Source of the DNA: Candidatus Zixiibacteriota bacterium
GTDB taxonomy: Bacteria > Zixibacteria > MSB-5A5 > GN15 > JAAZOE01
Reading direction: 5' to 3'
DNA: 34,033 nt
Assembly (NCBI GenBank): GCA_043819555.1
Contig: JBDREQ010000019.1
Coordinates: 1-34,033 of the forward strand
Part shown: piece after piece, positions 20,459 through 29,280 of the stretch
How the letters are laid out: each line of letters begins with the position of its first letter
Position numbering within the stretch: position 1 is the stretch's first letter
Position numbers and translations under genes: made by a program
Notes under the pieces: model-generated
The model's database searches: none
Told to the model about the DNA's origin: nothing
What the model saw: only the letters and a program-made list of their open reading frames with translations

Positions 20459-20526
20459 CAAAAAACCTCCTCTTGCGAGAAGGTCAAATTAAATGGCGGG
20501 GGCTACGAGACGAGCTCTTCAACCGG
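20459..20526 (+). repeat. Dispersed att-like motif, family A copy 4
   Basis: Leader AAAAAACCTCCTCTT-x-CGA shared with 3912; core TGGCGGGGGCTACGAGACGAG at 20494. Confidence 0.65.
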
Positions 20527-20792
20527 GTTATTCAAAATACTGCGGCATAATTCGGACAATCGATTCAGCAGTAAGAAGTTAACAATTTCCGGACTATAAG
20601 GATTATTCGTGAAACTTACACGGTTTGTTTAATTGATCATATTAATGGGCAATTAACTCAAATCGGTTTTCCACCTTTTTGATTAGAAATCGCAATTTTG
20701 AAGCGGCCTATTGCTGAATTTGGGGAAATAGACTATCTTATATGGGATGATGAATGATTTATCTTAGCACAAAATGAAGCCGAGGTATAGTT

Positions 20793-22523
20793 GTGGAAGA
20801 TTTTAAAGCCTCGACCATAAAATACTATTATCGTGATTTTTCTTTAGATTATGCCACCATTTTTAATAAAATGCTTGGCATAGCTAATCTCGGCCTGCCT
20901 CGGGCCGAATTTTTAAGCTGCACTGCCAAAATGCTATTAGATTTATCTGGATGTGACTTCATTGAAATTAGAAAAAAGGAGCGAAAAAAACTTATTCGTA
21001 TTGAAGCCTGTGGTTCTGATAATTATACAGATCAGATCAGTATTATCTCAATGAAGGCTGATGATCATGAGCAAATATTTCCCTGCCTGGATGAAACATC
21101 AGACTTTGAACAGATTTGCGCAGATATCGCTAATGGACAGTTCGTTCCTGAGCTGCCTTTTTATACCAAACAGGGCTCATTCTTTGTAGGCGATACCGAT
21201 AAGCCGTTTGAATTAAGTTCAAAGGCGTGTAAATGGGCTGGAGGACGAACAATCAGAATAAATGGAGAGTTTAGATCTTTGGTCGTTATCGGATTTCAGA
21301 TAGACAGTAATAATCCTGGTTTGGTCATATTCAAAAGCAAACAAAAGATGTTTTTTTCGCAGAAAGATGTAGCGGCTCTGGAAGAGATTGCCAAAATATT
21401 GGGGATGGCCTCCTCTCATCGGAGAGCGCAGGAAGCGCTTCGCGAAAGAATCAAAGAGATAACTTGTCTTTATGAAATAGTCAGTATTGCGGCGCGTCCT
21501 AATATCTCAATGAATGAGATTATCGAAGGAGTTTTGAAAATCCTTCCTCCAGGATGGTTTTATCCCGACATTGCCACAGCTCGGATCACCATTGATGGCA
21601 AATCCTACGCTCTGCCCGATTTCAAGAATTCGTTACAGAGTCTTTCTGCAGAGATTAAAGTCAAAGGGAAAAATCGAGGCAAAGTTGAAGTCGCATACAC
21701 GAAAAATATGCAGGAACTCGACGAAGGTCCTTTTATAAAAGAAGAACGCAGTCTGATAAACGCAATAGCCGATGAATTGGCCCAAATTATTGAGCGCTAC
21801 CAAATACAGGAAGAGCAAAAACAACTCAGAGAACAGCTCCAACACGCGGATCGTTTGGCAACCATCGGGCAGCTTGCCGCCGGAGTGGCGCATGAATTAA
21901 ATGAGCCTCTCAGTAGCATTCTGGGCTTTGCGCAATTGGCCAATAACAATCTGGCTAATTCAAAACAGATAGCGAATGATTTGGAGAAAATTGAATCAGC
22001 GTCTCTCCATGCCCGTGAAGTGGTCAAAAAGCTGGTTGAATTTGCTCATCAGAAACCCCAGCAAAAATCACTGGTCAATTTAAGCCAGATTGTCGATGAG
22101 GGCTTATATTTTCTTGAATCACGATGCGCCAAATCCGAAATCAAATTGATCAGGCAGCTTAAGGAAGATCTACCCGAAATCTATGCTAATAAAAGCCAGC
22201 TATATCAAGTATTGACTAATCTAATTGTGAATGCTATTCAGGCTCTGCCTTCGGGCGGAACGATAACGATTACAACGGATAAATGTGAAAATGGCATTTT
22301 GTTGACCGTATCTGATACCGGTACCGGGATAGAAGAAGAAATAATCGATGAGATTTTTAATCCTTTCTTTACAACAAAAGACATTGATGAAGGTACGGGA
22401 TTGGGTCTGGCGGTCGTTCACGGGATCATAGCAGCAAATAAGGGTACAATTAGAGTCGAAAGTACCGTCGGATGTGGAACTAAATTTGACATATTCCTTC
22501 CGATTGGTGAAATGAAACAATAA
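20793..22523 (+). CDS. Soluble sensor histidine kinase with GAF-like input domains
   Basis: H-box AGVAHELNEP, N-box NLIVNAIQA, DTGTGI, FNPFFTTK, GTGLGL; no obvious TM segment. Confidence 0.93.
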   Translation: MEDFKASTIKYYYRDFSLDYATIFNKMLGIANLGLPRAEFLSCTAKMLLDLSGCDFIEIRKKERKKLIRIEACGSDNYTDQISIISMKADDHEQIFPCLDETSDFEQICADIANGQFVPELPFYTKQGSFFVGDTDKPFELSSKACKWAGGRTIRINGEFRSLVVIGFQIDSNNPGLVIFKSKQKMFFSQKDVAALEEIAKILGMASSHRRAQEALRERIKEITCLYEIVSIAARPNISMNEIIEGVLKILPPGWFYPDIATARITIDGKSYALPDFKNSLQSLSAEIKVKGKNRGKVEVAYTKNMQELDEGPFIKEERSLINAIADELAQIIERYQIQEEQKQLREQLQHADRLATIGQLAAGVAHELNEPLSSILGFAQLANNNLANSKQIANDLEKIESASLHAREVVKKLVEFAHQKPQQKSLVNLSQIVDEGLYFLESRCAKSEIKLIRQLKEDLPEIYANKSQLYQVLTNLIVNAIQALPSGGTITITTDKCENGILLTVSDTGTGIEEEIIDEIFNPFFTTKDIDEGTGLGLAVVHGIIAANKGTIRVESTVGCGTKFDIFLPIGEMKQ

Positions 22524-22538
22524 ATTACGCCTGGGAGA

Positions 22539-23888
22539 ATGATGACAGCTAAAATAAAAGAATCCGTATTAGTTGTTGATGATGCACCCGATACATTGGA
22601 AATATTGCAGCGAAATCTATCTTCAAGGGGATATCAGGTTTTTACCGCTACCAATGTTGCGGAAGCCTTACAATTTATGGGTAATCAACCGATAGATTTA
22701 GTCATTACAGATCTCAAGATGCCCAAAATCAGCGGTACTGATCTGGTTCGCCACGTGAGAGCAAATCTCAGAGATACTGAAATCATGATGATAACCGGGT
22801 ATGCCAGCGTAGAAGGGGCTGTCCAGGCCCTCAAAGACGGGGCTGAAGAATATTTGGCAAAACCCTTTACGGACAGGGAATTGTATGATGCTGTCGAAAG
22901 AATCCTTGACAAGTTAAATACTCGGCGCAAGGCTCAGAAAGAAACCAGCCGAATATCTCCTCCTCTGGGAGGAATGATCGCGCAATCTCCACAAATGCTT
23001 GAGGTTTTCAACTCTATTTCCAAAGCTGCCGCGACATCGGCAACCGTCCTGATTACCGGAGAAAGCGGAACCGGAAAAGAACTGGTTGCTCGGGCCATAC
23101 ATTATAATAGCGACCGCGCTTCATCTTCTTTCGTCCCCATAAATTGCGGCAGTATACCGGAAGGTCTTCTCGAAAGCGAACTATTTGGACATGTCAAAGG
23201 GGCGTTTACGGGCGCTTCGGAGTCGCGGGCAGGTTTTTTTCAAACGGCTGAAGGCGGTACGATTTTTCTTGACGAGATAAGCGAAACCAGTCTTGCAATG
23301 CAAGTAAAGCTCCTGCGCGTTCTGCAGGAAAAAGAGGTAAGCATGGTTGGAGCGAGCCGATCCCGGAAAATAGATGTTCGTGTTCTGGCCGCGACAAATA
23401 AGGACTTAACATATCTGGTCAATAAAGGATTGGTGCGAGAAGATCTCTATTTCCGTTTAAGCGTGCTGACAATACTTGTTCCTCCCCTTCGTGAGCGAAC
23501 TGATGATATATTGCTATTGGCCCGGTTTTTTGGAGATAAGTACGCGGCTGAACTGGGAAAAAAGCCGCCTCAATTCTCCGATAATGCCCTAAAGGTATTG
23601 AAAAATTACAACTGGCCCGGAAATATCAGAGAATTGGAGAATTTAATTCAGCGCATGGTGATTATGATTGATGACGATATTATTGATGTTCCTGACTTGC
23701 CTTCATTAATGCGTTTTACTGCCTCCGGCCAGCGCGATTTGACTCGATCTCTGGCTGATGCGGAAACAGAGTATATTCGTCAGGTTTTGGCATCAGTTGG
23801 AGGTAATAAATCCCGGGCGGCTGAAATACTTAAAATCGATCGAAAAACACTTCGTAAAAAACTCGATTATCTTTCCAAACCAGAATAA
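22539..23888 (+). CDS. Sigma-54-dependent response regulator (NtrC family)
   Basis: Receiver domain (VVDD, TDLKMP), GESGTGKE, GAFTGA, FLDEI, WPGNIREL and a Fis-type HTH. Confidence 0.96.
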   Translation: MMTAKIKESVLVVDDAPDTLEILQRNLSSRGYQVFTATNVAEALQFMGNQPIDLVITDLKMPKISGTDLVRHVRANLRDTEIMMITGYASVEGAVQALKDGAEEYLAKPFTDRELYDAVERILDKLNTRRKAQKETSRISPPLGGMIAQSPQMLEVFNSISKAAATSATVLITGESGTGKELVARAIHYNSDRASSSFVPINCGSIPEGLLESELFGHVKGAFTGASESRAGFFQTAEGGTIFLDEISETSLAMQVKLLRVLQEKEVSMVGASRSRKIDVRVLAATNKDLTYLVNKGLVREDLYFRLSVLTILVPPLRERTDDILLLARFFGDKYAAELGKKPPQFSDNALKVLKNYNWPGNIRELENLIQRMVIMIDDDIIDVPDLPSLMRFTASGQRDLTRSLADAETEYIRQVLASVGGNKSRAAEILKIDRKTLRKKLDYLSKPE

Positions 23889-23900
23889 CTTATGTTTCTT

Positions 23901-23933
23901 GGGGAGTAACTCCCCGCCGGGGAATATATCCCC
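23901..23933. promoter_or_regulatory. Tandem palindromes GGGGA-N5-TCCCC: putative enhancer sites for the sigma-54 activator
   Basis: GGGGAGTAACTCCCC (23901-23915) and GGGGAATATATCCCC (23919-23933), about 155-190 bp upstream of the candidate -24/-12 promoter. Confidence 0.65.
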
Positions 23934-24086
23934 AATAAATAGCTTGTAACTATGCTTCCTTTGCCAGATCAGGCATTCGCCTTAAAAAAAATATGTGAAA
24001 TTTTTCACATTGTCATTCAATGAGTTATGTCTAAATATTTCCAATTAAAACTCTAAAGACTCCCCTATATACTCCTTCTTCGCATA

Positions 24087-24103
24087 CTGGTATGCTATTT
24101 GAT
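24087..24103 (+). promoter_or_regulatory. Putative sigma-54 (-24/-12) promoter with variant -12
   Basis: CTGGTATGCTATTTGAT has correct GG-N10 spacing but GA in place of GC at -12; it lies about 55 nt before the first operon gene. Confidence 0.5.
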
Positions 24104-24158
24104 ACACAAAAGCTGATAGAAAAAATATGTAAATAGAAAAGGCAAGGAGATAGATGAT

Positions 24159-24461
24159 ATGTTAAGTTCTGCTCCACTTGATAGGATGGGTTTATGTTCG
24201 ACCTGTAATAATTCACCGGATTGCGGCTACAGAATGTTAAGAGGATTTGACGCGATTTTCTGTGAGTTATTCGATAACTATACCGCCGGCAGCGGCATTC
24301 AAAGGAACAAAATATCTGTACCCGCCCCCAGAGAGAACAGGCTTTACCCCGCTGCAGTAAACAATGGCTTTAAGGGATTGTGTATAAATTGCGAAAACAG
24401 AAGCGTTTGCTTCCTGCCAAAGCATGAAGGTGGAATATGGCATTGTGAGGAATACCGCTAA
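24159..24461 (+). CDS. Small Cys-rich protein with a duplicated GLCxxCxNxxxC...CE module
   Basis: GLCSTCNNSPDC...FCELF and GLCINCENRSVC...HCEEY; AAGGAG RBS. Confidence 0.8.
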   Translation: MLSSAPLDRMGLCSTCNNSPDCGYRMLRGFDAIFCELFDNYTAGSGIQRNKISVPAPRENRLYPAAVNNGFKGLCINCENRSVCFLPKHEGGIWHCEEYR

Positions 24462-24512
24462 AATAGAGCGGTATAAATTTAGAACCTGATTGATAATTAA
24501 AAGGTAACAAAA

Positions 24513-25364
24513 ATGATCAATACTAATGTTGTTGATGGAGGCAAGAGTGCCTCAAAGGATCAAGGCGGTCTGATATCGACATTGGAAAAAATACAAGCCA
24601 AATATGGCTATCTTCCTGAAGAAGAATTGCGGCGTGTTTCGCAAGATGATGGGTTGTCTTTGGTTGATATTTATGGGGTCGCGACTTTTTATAAGGCTTT
24701 TAGTTTAAAGCCAAGAGGGAAACACCTCATTTCGGCATGTTTGGGAACCGCCTGTCATGTTCGCGGCGGCCCGGTGATTGCCAAAGAAATTGAAAAGCAA
24801 CTGAATATAAAATCAGGGGAGACTACTCCCGATGGTGAGTTCACGCTGGAAACTGTGAATTGTCTTGGAGCCTGCGCCCTTGGGCCTGTCGTTGTTGTTG
24901 ATGGCCATTATTTTTCGAACGTGAAGGCTGGGAGAGTTAAAGAAATAATCGAAAAAACTCTGGAAGGATTTGGAGTTGTTGAAACCATATCAGATCAGCG
25001 CGTTTTTCCGATTGAGGTCAGTTGTGCTCGCTGCAATCATAGCTTGATGGATTCCAATCATATCATGGACGGCCATCCCAGCATAAGAGTTACAATATCA
25101 TTTGGCAACAAACACGGCTGGCTTGTCCTATCCAGTGTTTATGGCAGTGATAAGGTTAATCTTCAATATAAAATTCCCCCTGATACCGTCGTCCAGATGT
25201 TCTGTCCCCATTGCCATGCCGAGCTAATCGGCGGAACTGCCTGCCTCCTGTGCGAAGCGCCGATGGTGCCAATGATTGTTCATGGTGGCGGAATCGTTCA
25301 GATTTGCTCTCGTCATGGATGCAAAGGACATTTGCTGGATTTGGGCGGCTCATCCGTTGCATAG
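24513..25364 (+). CDS. HydC/NuoE-like [2Fe-2S] subunit with a Cys-rich C-terminal extension
   Basis: VATFY, CLGTACHVRG, VNCLGAC; extra domain with CARC, CPHC, CLLC and CSRHGCKGH. Confidence 0.9.
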   Translation: MINTNVVDGGKSASKDQGGLISTLEKIQAKYGYLPEEELRRVSQDDGLSLVDIYGVATFYKAFSLKPRGKHLISACLGTACHVRGGPVIAKEIEKQLNIKSGETTPDGEFTLETVNCLGACALGPVVVVDGHYFSNVKAGRVKEIIEKTLEGFGVVETISDQRVFPIEVSCARCNHSLMDSNHIMDGHPSIRVTISFGNKHGWLVLSSVYGSDKVNLQYKIPPDTVVQMFCPHCHAELIGGTACLLCEAPMVPMIVHGGGIVQICSRHGCKGHLLDLGGSSVA

Positions 25365-25400
25365 GCCGGGTTAAACTTCGCTTTTAGGAGAGATTAATAG

Positions 25401-28400
25401 ATGGAAAAACTTACAATGATTGACGGACTTCGTGATTTCCGCGATCGTATTTTAAGTGAAAAAGATATCGAATACGACAAACCTACTTTGGTTATATGCG
25501 GTGGGACGGGTGGGCTGGCAAGCGGCGCTAACGATGTTATCCGGGCCATCAAGCGTTACATGATTGAACGCAATCTGCAGGGCAAACTTGCCATCAGGAT
25601 TACTGGTTGCCAGGGGTTCTGTGAAATGGATCCTTTTATACTGGTGAAGCCGGGAAGCCATTTGTATCCCCGGCTCAAAATGAGTGATGTGCCGATGGTC
25701 ATAGACGCCGCCATGGGCGGCTATGTCGCGGAAAGTCTGATTTATAAGGATTCCAAAAAGAAAGAAATAATTAAAACCCAGAATGATATTCCCTTCTTTA
25801 AAAAACAGACCAGGACCATTCTGGGATTTAACGAACATATCGATCCTATTCGAATTTACAATTATATAGAGCAGGGTGGATATGCCGCGGCCGAAAAAGT
25901 TCTATCCAATCCCGATCCCCAATCGATAATTGATGAGGTTCAAAAGGCTGGAATAAGAGGTCGCGGCGGAGCCGGTTTCCCCACCGGGAAAAAATGGGAA
26001 TTTGCGCATAAATCAGGAAAACCAGGCGAACAGAAATATATAATCTGCAATGCCGATGAAGGCGATCCAGGAGCATATATGGATCGCAGTCTGCTGGAAG
26101 GCAACCCCCATATGATAATTGAGGGAATGCTGGTCGCAGGCGTTGCGATTGGCGCCACAAAAGGCATAATATATGTACGTAGCGAATATCCCCTCGCCAT
26201 AAAACATGCTCTGATTGCCCTCAGGCAGGCCCGTGAGCTGGGAGTTCTCGGACAAAATATTCTGGGCACCGGCATTGATTTTGATATTGAAATATTCCGC
26301 GGAGCGGGAGCCTTTGTCTGCGGCGAAGAAACGGCCCTGATTAAATCAATCGAAAATATGATGGGTGAACCCAGACAGCGTCCTCCCTTTCCGATTGAAA
26401 AAGGACTCTGGGGCCATCCCACTTGTATTAACAACGTCGAAACGCTGGCCAATATTCCTGTCATTATAAATAATGGCGGCGAAGAGTATGCCAAAGTGGG
26501 CATCCCGGGAAATACGGGGACCAAAATATTCTCCCTTGTCGGCAAAATCAGGAATACGGGATTGGTCGAAGTTCCTCTGGGAACCAAAATTAGTGAAGTT
26601 GTTTATGATATCGGCGGCGGCGCGGTAGGAAACGGCAAAATAAAGGCCGTACAGACCGGCGGTCCCTCAGGGGGCTGCATTCCGGCCCATCTGTTTGATA
26701 TGTCAATCGATTATGACAGTCTGGCCGCAGCCGGATCAATCATGGGCTCGGGCGGCATGATTGTCATGGATGATAATACTTGCATGATAGATGTCGCCAA
26801 ATATTTCATGAATTTTCTGAGAGATGAATCATGCGGCAAATGCTTTACCTGCCGCAAGGGTACCCAGCGCATGTATGAAATCCTTGATGACATTTCACGA
26901 GGCCGGGCGACCCTGGCTGATCTGGATCTCCTCGAGGAATTGGCTCTTGTTGTAAAAGATACGACCATGTGTGGTCTGGGCCAGTCCGCCTCCAATCCGG
27001 TTCTAAGCACTCTGCGCTATTTCCGCCATGAATATGAACGCCATATCATCGATAAAAAATGTGACGCCTTTGTCTGCAAGGAATTGGTCGGCTCGCCGTG
27101 CCAGTCGGCCTGTCCGGTCGGGACGGAGGTGTGGCGCTACGTCGCTCATATAGAGAGAGGCGAATTTGATGAGGCCTATCTGACGATTCGCGAGGCCAAT
27201 CCGTTCCCATCAATTTGCGCGCGGGTCTGCAATCATCCCTGCGAATCACGATGCCGGGCGGGCGTCTCCGGAGGCGATCCAATTGCTATCCGTTCCCTTA
27301 AGCGTTTCGTTACCGACCATACGGACCCGGCAATTTACAAACCGGAAATTACCCCCTGGACCAAAGGTGAACCGCCCAGAATCGCGGTTGTCGGATCTGG
27401 CCCGGCAGGTTTAACAACGGCGCACTATCTCTCACTTATGGGATATAAAGTCACAATTTTTGAATCAGAAGATAAACCGGGCGGAATGCTCTATTGTACC
27501 ATCCCATCCTATCGTCTCCCCAGAAATGTGATCGAAAAAGAAATAGATTCCCTCCTAAATGAAAATATCACCTTGAAATGCAATACGGCATTAGGCAAAG
27601 ATTTTACGGTAGAGGGATTACTTGAAGATGGGTACAAAGCTGTTCTGTTGGCGCTTGGCGCTCACAAGAGCAAACCATTGCGTCTCGAAAATGAGGATAT
27701 TGATGGCGTATATCCGTCAATTCAATTCTTGAAATCTCACAATATCAAGGATAAACCTCTGGCCCAGGGTATGGTGGGCATTATCGGCGGAGGCAATTCA
27801 GCCCTTGATGCCGCCCGAACTGCCTTGCGCCAAAAAGGGATTAAGAGTGTAACTATTCTGTATCGAAGAACGCGGGAAGAGATGCCTGCCTTCGACGAGG
27901 AAATTGAAGCGGCTGTTGAAGAGGGCGTCAAGCTGGTCACGTTAGTTTCGCCGACTAAGATTTTTTCTTCAAATGGAAAACTGAACGCAGTCGAATGCAT
28001 TCAGAATGAACTCGGCGAATATGATTCAAGCGGCCGCCGCCGTCCGGTTCCAAAAGAGGGCACCGAACATACCATTGAACTCGATACCCTTATTGTTGCT
28101 ATTTCGGAGGATACGGGAATTGAATCAGTTGCCCCGGCCAGTCTCAACTTGACCAATTGGAACACAATAAAAACGTCGCCGGAAACTTTACAAACCAATC
28201 TGCCGGGAGTATTTGCTGCTGGCGATGTTATCACAGGTCCAAACACGGTTATAGATGCGATCGCCGACGGTAAAAAGGCGGCGATGATAATTGATCGGTA
28301 TATCAATGGAGTTCAAATGAAACAGGATGCATCAACGGCCTTGCCGCAATTCTATATCGCCCCTGCATCAGATGACGGTGATGAAGGAAAAACAACCAAT

Positions 28401-28583
28401 CGCGTTGCGGCCAGGCACACATCAGCCGAATCCCGAAAAAATAATTTCGAGGAAGTCGAACTTTGTCTATCAGAAAATGAGGCAATATGCGAGGCGGGGA
28501 GATGCTTGCGCTGCGATTTGGAATTCACTCAACCCAAAAATAATGCTAATGAACTAATTCCCGAGGGAGTGAAAGAACTATGA
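25401..28583 (+). CDS. HydB/NuoF-like FMN/NADH subunit fused to a GltD/NfnB-like FAD/NADPH oxidoreductase
   Basis: GRGGAGFP, NADEGDPGAYMDR, GAGAFVCGEETAL, ESCGKCFTCR...CGLG; then PCQSACP, CARVCNHPCESRC, GSGPAG, GGGNSA, YRRT and FAAGD. Confidence 0.92.
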   Translation: MEKLTMIDGLRDFRDRILSEKDIEYDKPTLVICGGTGGLASGANDVIRAIKRYMIERNLQGKLAIRITGCQGFCEMDPFILVKPGSHLYPRLKMSDVPMVIDAAMGGYVAESLIYKDSKKKEIIKTQNDIPFFKKQTRTILGFNEHIDPIRIYNYIEQGGYAAAEKVLSNPDPQSIIDEVQKAGIRGRGGAGFPTGKKWEFAHKSGKPGEQKYIICNADEGDPGAYMDRSLLEGNPHMIIEGMLVAGVAIGATKGIIYVRSEYPLAIKHALIALRQARELGVLGQNILGTGIDFDIEIFRGAGAFVCGEETALIKSIENMMGEPRQRPPFPIEKGLWGHPTCINNVETLANIPVIINNGGEEYAKVGIPGNTGTKIFSLVGKIRNTGLVEVPLGTKISEVVYDIGGGAVGNGKIKAVQTGGPSGGCIPAHLFDMSIDYDSLAAAGSIMGSGGMIVMDDNTCMIDVAKYFMNFLRDESCGKCFTCRKGTQRMYEILDDISRGRATLADLDLLEELALVVKDTTMCGLGQSASNPVLSTLRYFRHEYERHIIDKKCDAFVCKELVGSPCQSACPVGTEVWRYVAHIERGEFDEAYLTIREANPFPSICARVCNHPCESRCRAGVSGGDPIAIRSLKRFVTDHTDPAIYKPEITPWTKGEPPRIAVVGSGPAGLTTAHYLSLMGYKVTIFESEDKPGGMLYCTIPSYRLPRNVIEKEIDSLLNENITLKCNTALGKDFTVEGLLEDGYKAVLLALGAHKSKPLRLENEDIDGVYPSIQFLKSHNIKDKPLAQGMVGIIGGGNSALDAARTALRQKGIKSVTILYRRTREEMPAFDEEIEAAVEEGVKLVTLVSPTKIFSSNGKLNAVECIQNELGEYDSSGRRRPVPKEGTEHTIELDTLIVAISEDTGIESVAPASLNLTNWNTIKTSPETLQTNLPGVFAAGDVITGPNTVIDAIADGKKAAMIIDRYINGVQMKQDASTALPQFYIAPASDDGDEGKTTNRVAARHTSAESRKNNFEEVELCLSENEAICEAGRCLRCDLEFTQPKNNANELIPEGVKEL

Positions 28584-29278
28584 TTAAGATAAATATAAAT
28601 GGCCTTGACCTTTCCGTCGAGCAGGGAACGACAATTCTTGAAGCGGCGCAGTTTTTGGGTTTTCCGATTCCGACTTTGTGCCACATGGAAGGCTTGAAAG
28701 ATTACGGCGCTTGCCGATTGTGCATTGTCGAAATCGGCGAAGGCCCCCGCTCAAAACTGGTTTCATCCTGCACCTATCCTGTCGAGGAAGGACTCAAGGT
28801 GCGAACGGCATCAAAACGAGTCATGCGAGCTCGGAAAATGATACTGGAACTCCTGCTGGCATCATGCCCTCAGTCCAAAATCATTCAGGATTTGGCCTCC
28901 AAATTCGAAGTTCGCCAGCAGCGCTTTCGCCAGGAACATGAAGATTGCATTCTCTGCGGATTATGCGTGAGAATGTGCGAAGAGCAGATGGCTGCCAAGG
29001 CGATTGGATTTCGAGGACGAGGTCGAAACCGCAGCATCGGGACGCCTTTTGATGTCAAATCAGAAGTGTGCCGCTTATGCGGAGGATGTATTTATGTTTG
29101 TCCGGCATGTCAATTGAGATGTACTTATACTGATCCCGATAAAGCAATCTGCGGCGGTTGCGCCAATATCAGCGCACCCTGCATTGAAAAAGAAAAATTT
29201 AACGATATGATGTGTTATATGGATCCCTGCGTGGCTTGCGAAATAGACAAAGAGTCATGCGGGAAAGGAGGAAAATAA
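28580..29278 (+). CDS. HydA/NuoG N-terminal-like FeS subunit ([2Fe-2S] + 2x[4Fe-4S]) without a catalytic domain
   Basis: PTLCH...GACRLC...SSC; CILCGLCVRMC; CRLCGGCIYVCP; nine further Cys in the tail; ATGA overlap with the upstream gene. Confidence 0.9.
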   Translation: MIKININGLDLSVEQGTTILEAAQFLGFPIPTLCHMEGLKDYGACRLCIVEIGEGPRSKLVSSCTYPVEEGLKVRTASKRVMRARKMILELLLASCPQSKIIQDLASKFEVRQQRFRQEHEDCILCGLCVRMCEEQMAAKAIGFRGRGRNRSIGTPFDVKSEVCRLCGGCIYVCPACQLRCTYTDPDKAICGGCANISAPCIEKEKFNDMMCYMDPCVACEIDKESCGKGGK

Positions 29279-29280
29279 GA

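Noticed and set aside
16523..20460. Integron cassette array with attC sites
   Set aside because: The cargo is cassette-like, but I found no RYYYAAC...GTTRRRY palindromic sites after the genes and no intI gene; the repeats present are non-palindromic.
25940..26587. 215-aa antisense ORF and the many other short overlapping ORFs in the track
   Set aside because: These are shadows of well-supported genes on the other strand or frame, with no motifs of their own.
24513..29278. Respiratory complex I nuoEFG or an [FeFe]-hydrogenase
   Set aside because: There are no membrane or other nuo genes, and the 232-aa subunit has neither H-cluster motifs nor the molybdopterin-like NuoG body.
29212..29280. 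ORF-track N-terminal extension of the FMN protein
   Set aside because: It overlaps the upstream gene; a strong AGGAGG RBS supports the ATG at 29281.
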